Below are positions 1-12,700 of a stretch of DNA of 64,000 nucleotides, piece after piece. This DNA comes from Lama guanicoe. Lineage: Eukaryota. How positions within the stretch are numbered: position 1 is the first letter of the stretch; every line of letters starts with the position of its first letter. The stretch is taken from NCBI GenBank assembly GCA_013239625.1, contig MU054391.1, positions 6,345,824 through 6,409,823 on the forward strand, given 5' to 3'. Position numbers and translations under genes: made by a program. The notes beneath the pieces are model-generated. The model was not told the DNA's origin. It was given only the letters and a program-made list of their open reading frames with translations, and ran no database searches.

Positions 1-1054
1 GAAAAGGTGATCCGATGAGATGTGTGAGCCCTGGGAAAAGTTAATCAGGAGAGGGCAGGCCCTTGTGAAATCTTGATTAAAATTCAACAATTTTTCATGG
101 ACAAATTGACTATAATTTCACTTCTGAGTAAAAATTTAAGGATTAGAATTATTAATCTTCATAACTGTGAAGAAAATTTTAACCTACTTCAGCAATATCA
201 TCTTTACTTATTTTTAATATCAACACTAAGCATAAAAATAATGGAAGTGTCTTTATGAACTATGACAGACTGGTTAAAAAAAAGGTGGGGAGCTCCCTAT
301 ACCAGTGGTTCTCAAGATTTTTGGATTCCACAAACCAGTTCAATTTTAAAAATAATACTGGATCAACGCTGAGTTGTCAACTTTCATACTGCCAAGGAGG
401 AACAGTGATGGCAGTGAGGGAAGACCACTGTGATCACCCATAATTTCCAGAACCAAAGAACACTGTCACAACAACGGTGTAGAAAGAGCATGTTTTTTCT
501 CAAGAAAGAACAGTTAGCAAGTCTGTATCAAAATAAATACTATATACACACATACTTCATTGTGGATGAATGAAAAATTCACTGCTAATCAGCGTTTGGG
601 AACCAGGTTTTAAACAATACCTTTCATAGGGTGTCCAAGATTTAGCAGATTTCATTCACAATTAGTGGTGGTCATATCACATAAGAGAGCTCTGCTTATG
701 TCAGAAAGTATAAATTGCAAATATTTACAAAGAGAAAGGTTATAAGAATATTCAACTTCAAAATAAGACCACCTGTGATATACTCACATGAACAGCAGCT
801 TTAGTTGGTATAACACTAAGTGACTATGTTTCCAAGGAAAAAATTACCCTGTGATTCCCAAATTTTTTAAATAAACATCCCTCCAGACCTAAAAATCATG
901 TACTAGGCAAAAATCACAAAGATGCACAGAACAGTATACATTATAGAACAATATCAAAAGGCAAAAATTACGATAATCTCAAAAAGTAATTACAAGACTT
1001 GGTCAGAAAAATATTTTCTTAGAATTTGTTAGGTTAATAAAAGTACAGGGTTTT

Positions 1055-1212
1055 GGGGAAGGGTATAGCTCAAGTGGTAGAGTGCATGCTCAGCATGCAC
1101 AAGATCCTGGGTTCAATCCCCAGTACTTCCTCTAAAAATCAATAAATAAATAAACCTAATTACTCCCCCCTCCCCAAAAAATAAAAAAAATTTTAAGAGA
1201 AAAATTAATAAG
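1055..1212 (+). mobile_element. tRNA-Ala-derived SINE (camelid Vic-type)
   Basis: GGGGAAGGGTATAGCTCAAGTGGTAGAG...GGGTTCAATCCC head with A/B boxes, A-rich tail; TSD taaaa(g/c)tacagggttt at 1038-1053 and 1213-1228. Confidence 0.88.
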
Positions 1213-1689
1213 TAAAACTACAGGGTTTGGATTTTCAAAGTAGAAACTTAAAGCCGGGGTTGGGAGGTGGGGGCGGGGGAGCTGAACCTTAACGAAATGT
1301 CCAAATGCACAGCGATCTGCGTTTAGGTGCCTGCACAGGTATTTATAATTTGTGTTTCCTCTATCAAGTATATAAAACTTATTTTCATGGCCCAGAATTA
1401 TTCCAAGTTAGGTCATAAATAAAAACCAGCAGATTTTCACGTTAAAACAATTTTAAACAGAGAATCTGACAGGTAGCTTTTCTCATCATTGGCTGCACAG
1501 AACACTAAGACATCTTTGAGGAGGCAGAGGCTCTATGATCAATTAAGTCTGGGAAACGTTTCATACTTTCCTCCCCTCCCAGAGGTTTATAGTATCGGGT
1601 GACAGTGAAGGCTCAAAGAAGTCCGTAAGAAACTGATTTAACTTTGCTTAACATAGCATTTCTCAAACTTATTTGCCACAAATCTCTTA

Positions 1690-1930
1690 AAATAATAGGT
1701 AACATCCATGTATTACGTGTAGGTACTGTGCTGAGTACTTCTCAGGCATTATCTGATTCATTCTCCAGGCAACCCTATGGGTAAGAACTATTATTATTGC
1801 CATTTTATATATGAGGAAACCAAGGCATAATGAGCTTAAGAAACCTGGCCAAGGCATACAGATACAGTGGGAGAGGACGGATGCGAACCCAGGTCAGCCT
1901 CTCTCTGACACCCATGACATCAGCCACGGT
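1690..1930 (-). mobile_element. MIR SINE
   Basis: CCATTTTATATATGAGGAAACCAAGGCA core. Confidence 0.75.
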
Positions 1931-2884
1931 GCTACCCATCCAGCACTTCTTACAGAAGCAGCAGTCCACGAAACCATGCTATAGGGTCTGCTAAAGGGCA
2001 CAGCTGGGGAAAGTCAGAACTTGCAAGTACTCAATGCTATAATCGTAAGAAATAAGGGAAATTATTTGGCCTAATTTTTACTTTCACATAAGTTATTTAA
2101 AGGTTCTATATATGATGGTAAAATCTGTTGAAAAATAACCAATGGCTCATTTAAAATGAAAAGATATTAATTTACCTAAAAATAATTTCTAGTATAACTA
2201 CTTTGTTGAATACTATATCTATTTCCATAGTTTTAAAATTAGGCAGTATGAATGTATTTTATCATTTTATATCTAAACCTTTATAACTGCCTTCCTCACC
2301 CAAAGTAAACAAAGTAAAGAGACTGAAAAAGCACCCAAAGTACACTAAACACAGTAGTTTTTAAAAATCCACAAAATAGCAATGACTTTTTATTCTCCAA
2401 TTTGAGAACGTAGGTGAGTGTGACAAACCTACTGCAAAAATCACGTTGCAGATATTTAAGAACCCACTTCAGTAGGAACACCTATTTCACTCACAAGTCG
2501 TTCTTTTAAAGGCTAAGTACAACTCTTGTCTTTTAAAACACATTAAAATTTAAAGGATTATTTTGGTGGTTAAATGGTAGAAAATAATTCTGCCTGGATT
2601 AACTGTGCTGTAAGATATAGGTTAAAGATAAAGTTTGAGAATCTCTCTATTAATCTGTTACATGATTCTATTTTTCAACCATTCAGCTGCTGCTGTACAT
2701 CTATTTGTTCGAAAGACAACTAAGTTGCCTAGACTTGCGGAGAATGGCTCCTCTAAGTCTTCCCATTCTCAACAATTTGCTAAGTAGCCTTTTCCCAACG
2801 ATAGAACAAGATTGGTAAAATCTATTCTCATTATCCTACAAACTAGACTAGTCAACTAAGATAAATCTGTTCTTCAGAGGGGTC

Positions 2885-3115
2885 ACTATGGCTCAAGTTA
2901 AGAACACAGACTCTAGGTTTAAATTCTAACCTTCACATTTACGACCACTGAAGATTTTTGCAAGATACTTTAATCCTTCTGTGCTTCAATTTCCTTACCT
3001 CTAAAATGAAATCATAATAACATCCACTCCATAGCTGGAGGATTAAATGAGTTGTATGTAAAATATTCAGAATACTGCCCGGCGCACGTAAGCCCTATTT
3101 AAGTGTTGGTGGTTA
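2885..3115 (+). mobile_element. MIR SINE
   Basis: CTGTGCTTCAATTTCCTTACCTCTAAAATG...GAGGATTAAATGAG. Confidence 0.75.
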
Positions 3116-3596
3116 TTGAGAAACATTTCTTTGTCTGTATTCTTTAAACCTAGCTCAGGTTCTCTGTATTTGAGAATTCAACCTACGGGTTCTAAGTTTT
3201 GGATTAGATCTCTCAATAAGCAAACCTAGAAGGGAGCCAAAAATCATTTACTTGCAGTTTCTGAAATTTCTCAAAATCTTATTATATTCAAATAGTACTT
3301 GAAAAGAAAAATCACTGCTTCCTTGACTGATGTTTTCCCTATACATAGGTAGTAGGTTAAAAAAATTATTCCTCACATAAGATACAAAAAGCTTCAGTAA
3401 ACTGAATTTATCTGAATCTTTTCTAAGCAGAGATTATAAACTTGATGATACATACTATGTTTAATATCTGATTTGTCAGAAAGAGAAGATTTGGAATATC
3501 AGACAAGTGTGACTCCATCATTTCTAATGTTCAAAACTGAAAAAAAAAAACCCAAGTAGAAATAATTTAATAAACATTTCATAATTTTTTTTTTAC

Positions 3597-3723
3597 CTAA
3601 ATTTTCAAGGTCTTTCTTGGTGACAAATTTGTAATCATCATAAACTGTGCTTTCTGGATTCTCTTCTAGTTCTTCTGTCAGGTTGTCTAAGAAGGAACAC
3701 CACCTGGGAGCAGGACCTAAAAC
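3597..3723 (-). CDS. NOL10: NOL10 exon 14 (127 nt, [42 protein letters not shown])
   Basis: acceptor ctgcag|GTT; donor TAG|GTAAAA; phase 0->1. Confidence 0.97.
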
Positions 3724-6700
3724 CTGCAGATTAAAAGGTTAGCAAACGTACACTCTCACCATGTCAACTAGGAGCTCGTTATTTTACAACCGAATTTCCT
3801 TAAATATAATTTTAAAACCCTGGATTCTATCACAAGTGCTGAAAAACAACTGCAATGTGCATAATCAAGTCTACAATGAAAGAGAATAAACAAAGCAGGA
3901 AGAATTTAGGCTTATAAAGGAATAAAATCTCAGGTTGGGATACAATGATATCAGTGAATATTCTTACATAAGAACTATGAAAATACAAATAATTTCAGGT
4001 ACTAATAATAATATTCATCCATATTTCTATCATCTCTTTCACTCAGAACAGTACTAGCATCCCCAAAAGCATACTTGGTATACCAGATTTTTAAAGTTTG
4101 CCACTCAAGACAAACAAAGTATAAAATGTAAAATTTAAGGGTTATCAACTAACTACCTGATCATTACATTTTATCTTATATGGTCCATTTCACTTAATTC
4201 ATTCAAAATTAAAATTCTGTATATAGAATTCTTCAGATTTAATCTAAAATGGGTTGCCAGGATCCACAATTAGTCCCAGTGAAAGGCTGAGGAACAAAGG
4301 GTTGAACAGAATTTATAACCATGTAATAAAATATGAATACTTCAATTTGTAATTCAATTAGTTCCATAAAATACTGTGACTGCTTTTTGCTTTTTTGCCC
4401 TTGATACAAATCTTTCCCAGCAGATGCCTTGCCCACTGAGGTCAATGCATATCCCAAAGGAAGGGACACTCAGTGGGAAAGCCACAATACTGAAATCCTC
4501 TCTCGTAGGGGAGGCATTCAGAAGCGAGAGCACTGGGCTCTTACAAAATGGAACTTCCACTGACTGCTTGCCTGTGTATTTTGATAGTAATCAATTATAC
4601 AGGAAAAAAAAACCCAAAACTCGTAAGGGAAATTATTAAATCTAGCTTAACCTTTTTGGAGAAGGAAAGGTAGGCAAAAGAGAGTTATAACAAAGAAACA
4701 CAGACCCTAATACCCTCTTTAATCATTAAAAAGAAAAAAAGCAGATGTTAGATAGTGCCACTCTAATTTAGTTACATTACTTTGCCTGATTAGTGAAGGT
4801 GACCCCGCCACTCCCACCAAAGGCTATGGGGCTCATAAACACGAAAAACAACTCTTAATGAGCATTAAAAAGTCCCATCAAGAAGTTTCTTAATCATATA
4901 ATCTATACAATTTTTAAAAACAGAAATGACCATCAAAGACAAACCTTCAAGAAATGCAAGGCATTTAAAAAAAATTCAGTGTAGACCACTTTAAAGAAAT
5001 TGCTATTATCTTGAGCAATTTTAGGACAGTAGCTTGAAGTCAAAAAATACTGATATTAATTGCTCCTACATACAAAGCACTGCACTAAACCAAAGTCCCC
5101 GATCATTCTCTTCTCCCCCCAGGTGTTAAAAACCTAGCTGAGCATACGTTATGCATGCGCATACATGCTCAGGCATTTAAAGCAGTGAACTGAGATTGTG
5201 CTGAGTCCATGGGGGAGACGGGTGAGGGCTGGATGAAACAGGCTGTGCTGGGGTACCCAGTAAGTATATCTGAAAGGACTTCAGGTTGGAATGAACACAT
5301 GAGCAAGCTAGGAAAACCATGGGGCATCCTCTGAGAGTCAGAGTTTAGGCACCTGCAACTACAAGGGTATCTGCTTCCTGTCAGTCATAAATCCGCAAAA
5401 GCAAAGCTCTATCATATACTGGCATACAACCGAGGACAGCCACCTTCTCCTCTTTTAGAGAGGAGGAAAATACACTACTAGCACTTTTCTAGAATGTAAG
5501 ATCCAAGATACTGTCCTCCTGGGAGGGTTTAAGCTTCATCTGTTTTAAGTGCTTAATTTCTAGTACATAGAACATTCCCTGCCAAGTAGTAGGTGTTCAA
5601 TAAATGTTTCATAAATAAATCCATTCACATATAAAGCACATATGAATACATTCATGAATTTCATTGCACAAAGTATTAAGACTCAGAGGGTCCTGTTTGG
5701 TGAAAGTATTTTTTGAATTCTCTAACTGTCCTTATTCAGATAAAAACACTGAAATACCTCACCATAAAACTACTGGATATAAGAACACTTTTTGATGAAA
5801 GTCAGATTTATTTTGCCTTTTATACAAGGGAGCACTGGTTACCAGAGGGCCTCATAATAAAGTAGTTCCACCTTTAAAGCTTACATCAGTCTTAAACATG
5901 GGCTTCAAAGACAATGGATAGATTATTACACTGTGTTTACTGACTTTTCTTGGGGGGTGAGGGGTAGGAATATCATAATATCAGACCAGATCTTACTTTC
6001 ACATAGACCTTTTTTATAATGTTCCACAACATCCTTTTTGATTAGTTATCTGGATTCCAACGGAATTGTTTTAAATTGCCTCTCCAGGGACAGGTCTGGT
6101 TATGGTAAACAATCTCTGCAATCAAATTCATGGCCATTAAATTTTATAGGAGGAAATATTTCCATCAAAAACAAAATTAAATCTAATGGGCTGATTTTAT
6201 TAATCACGTTTCCCTACTTCCTATTCAGAGAAAAAAATATCAGAATTACCATAACAAAGTTGAAATTACTGATTTAACTGGTATTAACTGCAGGTTTTAT
6301 CCACATTAGAGCTTTCCTCAAAGGTCTACCATTAAGTTGCAAAACAGTGGTCACTTAACCAATAAGGAAGGGTCAACCATGTGCACAGTTCTGATATTCC
6401 TATAAGGACCAAAACACTAACTACTGTGTAAAAATTCTTTGCTGTCTCTATTCATACATACATTCCTCTTTCAACTACTACTTAAAATATATTAATTTAT
6501 TCTTACATTCAGGCTTTACAACTTGAAGACAACATGTTTTTAAACAACTGGCATACTATTACTACTACATCAAAACTTTCTAGGTTTTCTGTATTGTCAT
6601 TATACTGCTATATACTATACTGCAGTAAAAACTTATCGCTTGATTGTCTACATTTTTATGCACCATAAGAGTTTTATTTCAGAAACTTGATGAAGACTGA

Positions 6701-9700
6701 TCTGTTTTAAACTTCTATTGTTTGTTAATGATCTTCCACTTTCTATGTATAAGAATTTCCTAAAATCACACACCCAGTAAACGTAAGGAATTGGATATCT
6801 GACTCATCAAACTGCTATCAAGGAATACTGTGAGTCCCTCAGCAACTTTAATGACAATCATATCAATCAATCTAAATGGAAATACTCCATCCTCCAAAAC
6901 AGGAAAGAATCTTTATCAGCATGCTATAGGAAAGCCTTGACTCAAATGCAGCCAAGTATCTACTTGCTCTAATCCGTTTAGGCAGAAGAACCAAGTTTCA
7001 AGTACATGAAAATACATGCCACGTACCCAAGGTCATCTGCCTCTATGATTACAATCTACCTTTAAGATGCTAATTATATTTGCTTAATTTAAAAATTCAA
7101 AATTCTCATATTTTCTGGTAATGGACAAATATGACTAAGAGTGGGAAGGAAAGACAATGAATATTAAAATTCTTAGGGGGCTGATAGAGCAGGGTACCCT
7201 TGGCCCCATTCCACTTTTGAAAAACCACTATGCCACATCACAAAGTTGTGCTAAGGCAAAAATAAGTATGGAGGATTACTGGATGGATGGTTTTTAACAG
7301 ATCAAGGGGGATTAAAATAACAACAAAGTACTATTAGAGACAAAGAACCAAATTGTACTAATTCAGTATAAATGCTATAATGTATCCTATTTACTTTTAA
7401 TGCTACTGAATATTTCCTACTATCAAAATGAAAATCACTGATAATATAAAATGGTAATTAAATATGAAATTGTTATCTTGAGTTTTAAACTAATGATTTA
7501 AAAAACAATTTAAAAACTTTTAAAACTAAGAAAATTCTTAATTACTCCATTTGGTAGAACTGTATCAACACACAATAAGTAACTTTTTCTTCCCCACAAT
7601 AACTTTGAACCAAATGGGCTTATGCATGAGAAACTCTAACTGATATATAATTATATTAGAACACACAGAAGTATATAAGATCCCAAAGCTGATTTTTAAA
7701 AAATACTTTTACACAATTTTCAGAATGCATTACAGCATACAGTGTGAAGTGGGTCTGAGTGAACACTGAAAAGAGAATGGTGACAGTGTAAGAGAGCATA
7801 ACGTATCACGTGGGAAAAGGACTTAAGTATATTCTTGTAAGTTCAGAGAATACAACCAGACCCGCTAAATGTAAGGAGGCAGATTTTACTTCAATTTTCA
7901 TTCATCACATATTTGAGTTTCACATTTATTATGTTCCAGGCACAGTATACTCTATAACATTAGGTAGCAGAATGAAACCAAATGGGAAACGTTAATTCAC
8001 ACACAACACTTGTGTGAAGGACTAGTGATTCTTAATTTCCTCAACTTCACTCATTCATTCCAAAACTTACTAAAAGCTAAGTGCTTACTGTCAAATATAA
8101 AGTCTAGAAAGCAATCAAGTACAACATAATGTGATTAGTGCCACAGAAGAGAAATTCTAGAATGTTTCTGGGGAGCCCTCTATCTGCTGAGGCAGGAGAT
8201 CAAGATATCTTTGAAGGAGACATTTGAACTAGGCCTTGAAAAATGGTAACGGGTTATGATTTTGTATTCAGTAAAACAACTGCCATACCAAATAGAGTTT
8301 AATGTTATAGAAAATTAATATATATTTTACTCATTATTAATTATAAGGAAGATGCTTTGTTAGAAGAATTATCAATTTTACTTTTTAGTGATCTTATAGC
8401 ACTATAATCCTAGAAACTCAATTTAAACATTATTTAGGTTATAATGACACCACTGAACAGATAAGCTACAATGGAGTTTAAATAAAAAATAATTTTACCA
8501 CTGAGCTACCATGTAAATTATCTATTTATTTTGTTATAGAACTGTTTTCAGGACATTCTAAATGTAAAAATAAATATCAGTTTCTGGAACTAGAACAGTA
8601 ATAAAAACAATGATAAGAATAGCAAAATTAACAACCGTAGTGAGGGCCCAGAGCTCACGCTCTAAGCGGTGGGGAGTTCCACCCCTTACCAGAATTTAAC
8701 ACTCATCTAATTTGAAATCTGTTACTCTTACCATAAGGCCTTAACTCTTTATCAGAAACTATTGAGGCAAAGAAGCATTTGAAATTCAGGATTTTCTGCA
8801 TTTTCAAAAGGCAACGCTGTACGTAGACTGTATTTATCTAAAATCTTCAGGGGAGTCTGGGGCAGTGGTCCATAATCAAACATATTAATAACTCTCTGAA
8901 AATCCATACATACTCACACCAGTGATTTGGATAAATAAAGACTAGAAAGAGCCTAGTAATTACTTGTCAGGTCTGAGTCCTAATGAAGCAGGTCAGGTTT
9001 TGCCACCAATGAGTTATTTAATTAAAAAAGAATAAAATCAGGGCTTTTTGGATTTCAGAATTGCAGATCAGAGACGATGGAGGTATACTATACTGTAAAT
9101 ATCATTAACTACTACTATGATTAATGATAATTTTTCTAAATGGATAGCCTGCTCTCCAGAAGGAAAATGGGATTTTGCCAACTCTGCAATATATAAACTC
9201 AAACGAAAACTTTCTTTTCAAACTTTTCCTCCATTATTAGCTGAAAGGCACCACTAGCACCAGCATGTATTTTCAAATTCTGACAACTGGGGCTTAATAA
9301 TAACTGATCATAAGTCTGAGACAAGGGAGACAGCTGGGTGAGCCGAGGGAGTGGCCATGAATCTACGCATGTAATTGCATTTGCAACATAATGAGCTGCC
9401 TAATTGCATATCCAGGTTTACATGCATCTACATGAGTAATTATGAGTCATCTGAAGGTACTCTACTTGTAGCACTTTGTTCTCACACTCCTAAACATCAG
9501 ATTAGCAAAAGAGCAATTTAATTTCAGCACTTTAAAATATTTATAAATTATTATCTGCCATGATTTCAATTTTGATTTAGTTTTTGAAAAGTAGTTTACG
9601 TGCTGAAATTAAATGATAATAAAATAAGGCCAAATGGGAAATAAAAGATTGTTTATGCCATTTTCTTACCATCAGCTGATTAAACCAACAGTTAATCTAT

Positions 9701-12700
9701 GTAACACCTTGTGAGTACAAACAAGCATGAGATCCTGGAGTGTCTATGCGCAAAGGGTTAGGGGAGACAGGACACCCCAAGCAACACTTAACTGGCACAC
9801 TACATACATATTTTTATTTCTTCTCCCTCCCAAGCCTATTAAAATGACAATAAATCAATATAAAAGGTATTAGCCTTCAAGGACAAAAAATAACAAAAGA
9901 AGAAAATACAGTGGTGAAGGAATCTAACATGGTATAAATGCTGGTGCTAACAGAGATGGGTAACACAGAGAGAGGGGAGTAGATTCTTCCCTTAGAGGCC
10001 TTGGGAAGACTTGGGAGGCTCCACGTATCTGGGAAGATGGGCCTGACCAGAGGGGAGATGACAGAGCCGAGGAGTACCTAATGTTTGTTCCACCACCCCT
10101 TGGGAAGCCAGAGGATAATTCTCTGGAGAAAGTGAAGGAAAGATGCTCCACGTGAGTGGGTACGCACACAGCTGACTTGAGTGGAGGTGCTGAAATCAGC
10201 ACAATTAAATGGCAGCCTACACATCAAACAGGGTGACCCTAGCTCCCTTCTCAGCAACCAGAGTGCAAGGAGCCAAGCATATGTTGCTGTGCTTCCATTC
10301 CTGCCACCCTAAACCCCTAACATTCCTGGAAAGAAACTGAGGATTATCTGTAGAAAATGAAACATTCCCAAAGACAGACTTCCCGATGCTGACATATGGA
10401 AATCCTCTAATACAGGCGTGGACCTCATTTTATCACTCTTTGCAGATACTGCGTTCTTTACACACTGAAGGTGTGTGGCAAACCTGAGCTGTCAGGTGAT
10501 GGTCAGTACTTTTTTTAGCAATAAAGTGTTTCTAAATTAGGGTGTATACGTTCCTTTTTAGATATGCTATTGCACTTAACAGACTGCAGTATAATGTAAA
10601 CATAACTTTTATACGCACTGGGAAACCAAAAAATTCGTGTGACTCACTTTATTGCAATATTCACTTTATTATAGTAATCTGGAGCCAAACCTGTGTCATT
10701 TCCGAGGTATACCTGGAGTCATTAGCTGAAGAGTTAGCGTGAAAACTACCAGTAGGCAAGACCACCATATACAAAGAGCTTCCAATCACATTTAGTGCCT
10801 CATTCTTAAATTAAGAGTAGAATGCCAAAGATCACCATTCATTTATTTAATAAATAGTTGCTGTCCAGCATTTTTCTCTTCATTGTAGACACAGCAGTGA
10901 ACAAAACAAGAATATCTACCTTTAAAGAGCTTACATTCCAGAAAGGGGAACAATAAATAAACAAAGGAAAGACAGTACAGTATGACAGACAGTGGTAAGA
11001 GCTGAGGGGAAAATAAAGCAGTGAAGGGTGATGGAGAAGACAGGAAGGGGAAGAGGGGTGGACAGGGAAGCCCATGTTGAAGTGACAAATGAATACAGAC
11101 CTGGGGGAGAGAAGGGAGTAAGTCATGAGAACATCTGGCAACTGCAAAGGCCTTGAGGTCAGAACTGCTTGGCATGTTTGGGGATCATCACAAAGACCAA
11201 CCCAGCATGGCTGGAACAGAGGGTGCGAGGGAGACAGTAGGGGGTTAGATCAGACAGGGCCTCGCAGGCCATTGCAGGACTTTACCTTTTCCTCTGAGTG
11301 AGATGGGAGCCATGGGAGGGGTCCAAGCAGAGGAGTGACATGATCCGACTTGTGTTTATAAGGATCCCTTCACAAACGCTGGGAGACTTTTTGGTTCCAG
11401 GAAAGCTGTCATTAGCTGACAATTAAGTCAGCCAAGCAGAGGCTTTGGTGGCCACATATAACAAAGATATCAGATTTTACAGACTTAGTCCAGGAGAGTC
11501 ACTAAACAAACAGCAACAACAATAAACTTGGGGTAGGGGTGATCTGAGCTCCATAACTCCCAAATTGTATTATCTAAAACATCTAGTTTTCAACCAAACA
11601 TTACAAGACATCCAAAGAAAAGCAAGGCCCATGCACAGCAGGGAAAAAGGAGTCAACAGAACCTACTTTTTGAGGACACTCAAACACTGGACTTACCAGA
11701 CAAAGACTTTACATCAGCTATTACAGATATGCACAAAGAACTAAAAACAACCACCACCACCAAAAATAAAACCCAAAAAACAAACAAAAAAATCATGTCT
11801 AAAGAACTAGTAAAATGTATGAGAACAAATGCCTCATGAAACAGAATATCAATAAAGAGATAGAAATTTTAAAAAAGAACTAAATACTGTAAGTGAATTA
11901 TAAATCAACCACACTTCAATTAAAAAAAAGTTCTGTGAAGGGCCACGAATGGCAAAATATCCTTTCTTATGGGTGAGTTGTATTCCATTACACATATATG
12001 CTGTATCTTCTTTATCCACTCATCTATTGATGTGCACTCAGGATGCTTTGATAATATTGGCCATTATAAATAATGATGCCGTTAATAGTGGGGTGTATAT
12101 ATCTTTTTGAATTAATTCTTACTTTGTGGTTGGCTTTATTCTTTTGGACTATGTAAGTTTAAAAAACTAAAGCTCTAAACATTCTTAGAAATAATGAACA
12201 GTACATATACGTACATTTTTAAAATACGTGCAGTATATTGTATATGTGTATTTACATGCAATATATTGCATATGTGCAAACTGTAAATAAATTCTACCTA
12301 ATAAAACTGAAAAATGAAAAAAAATTCTGGAGGTGGAAAATACAGTAATTGAAATAAAAAATTCACTAGAGAGGCTCAATAGATATATATAAATTGGCAG
12401 AAGAAAGAATCAGCAAATTTGAGATGGATTTCCAGGCAAGATGGTGGAACAGTAGGACCACTAGCTCGCCTCTCCTCGCAACTACAGCAAAACCACAACT
12501 GACTGCTGAACAGTCACCAGGAAAAGAGACTGGAGCCTGGCAAAAAAGATCTGCTTCAGCTGGAAACAGAGAGGGAACCACAGAAGGAAGGTAGGAGTGG
12601 TGTGCTCACAATATAGTCAGGCCCCATACCCCCCGGGTGGGTGACCCACAAGCTGAAGAACAATTAAATCATAGAGGCCTTCCCACAGGAGTGAGAGCGC

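Noticed and set aside
1055..1130. tRNA-Ala gene
   Set aside because: tRNA-like head is followed by a SINE tail and flanked by a TSD; four diverged copies occur in the window, so it is a SINE rather than a functional tRNA
2170..2190. Recursive-splice-like site ttatttttAG|GTAAAT in intron 14
   Set aside because: Only ~1.4 kb from the exon 14 donor, and such motifs are expected by chance in AT-rich introns; no supporting evidence
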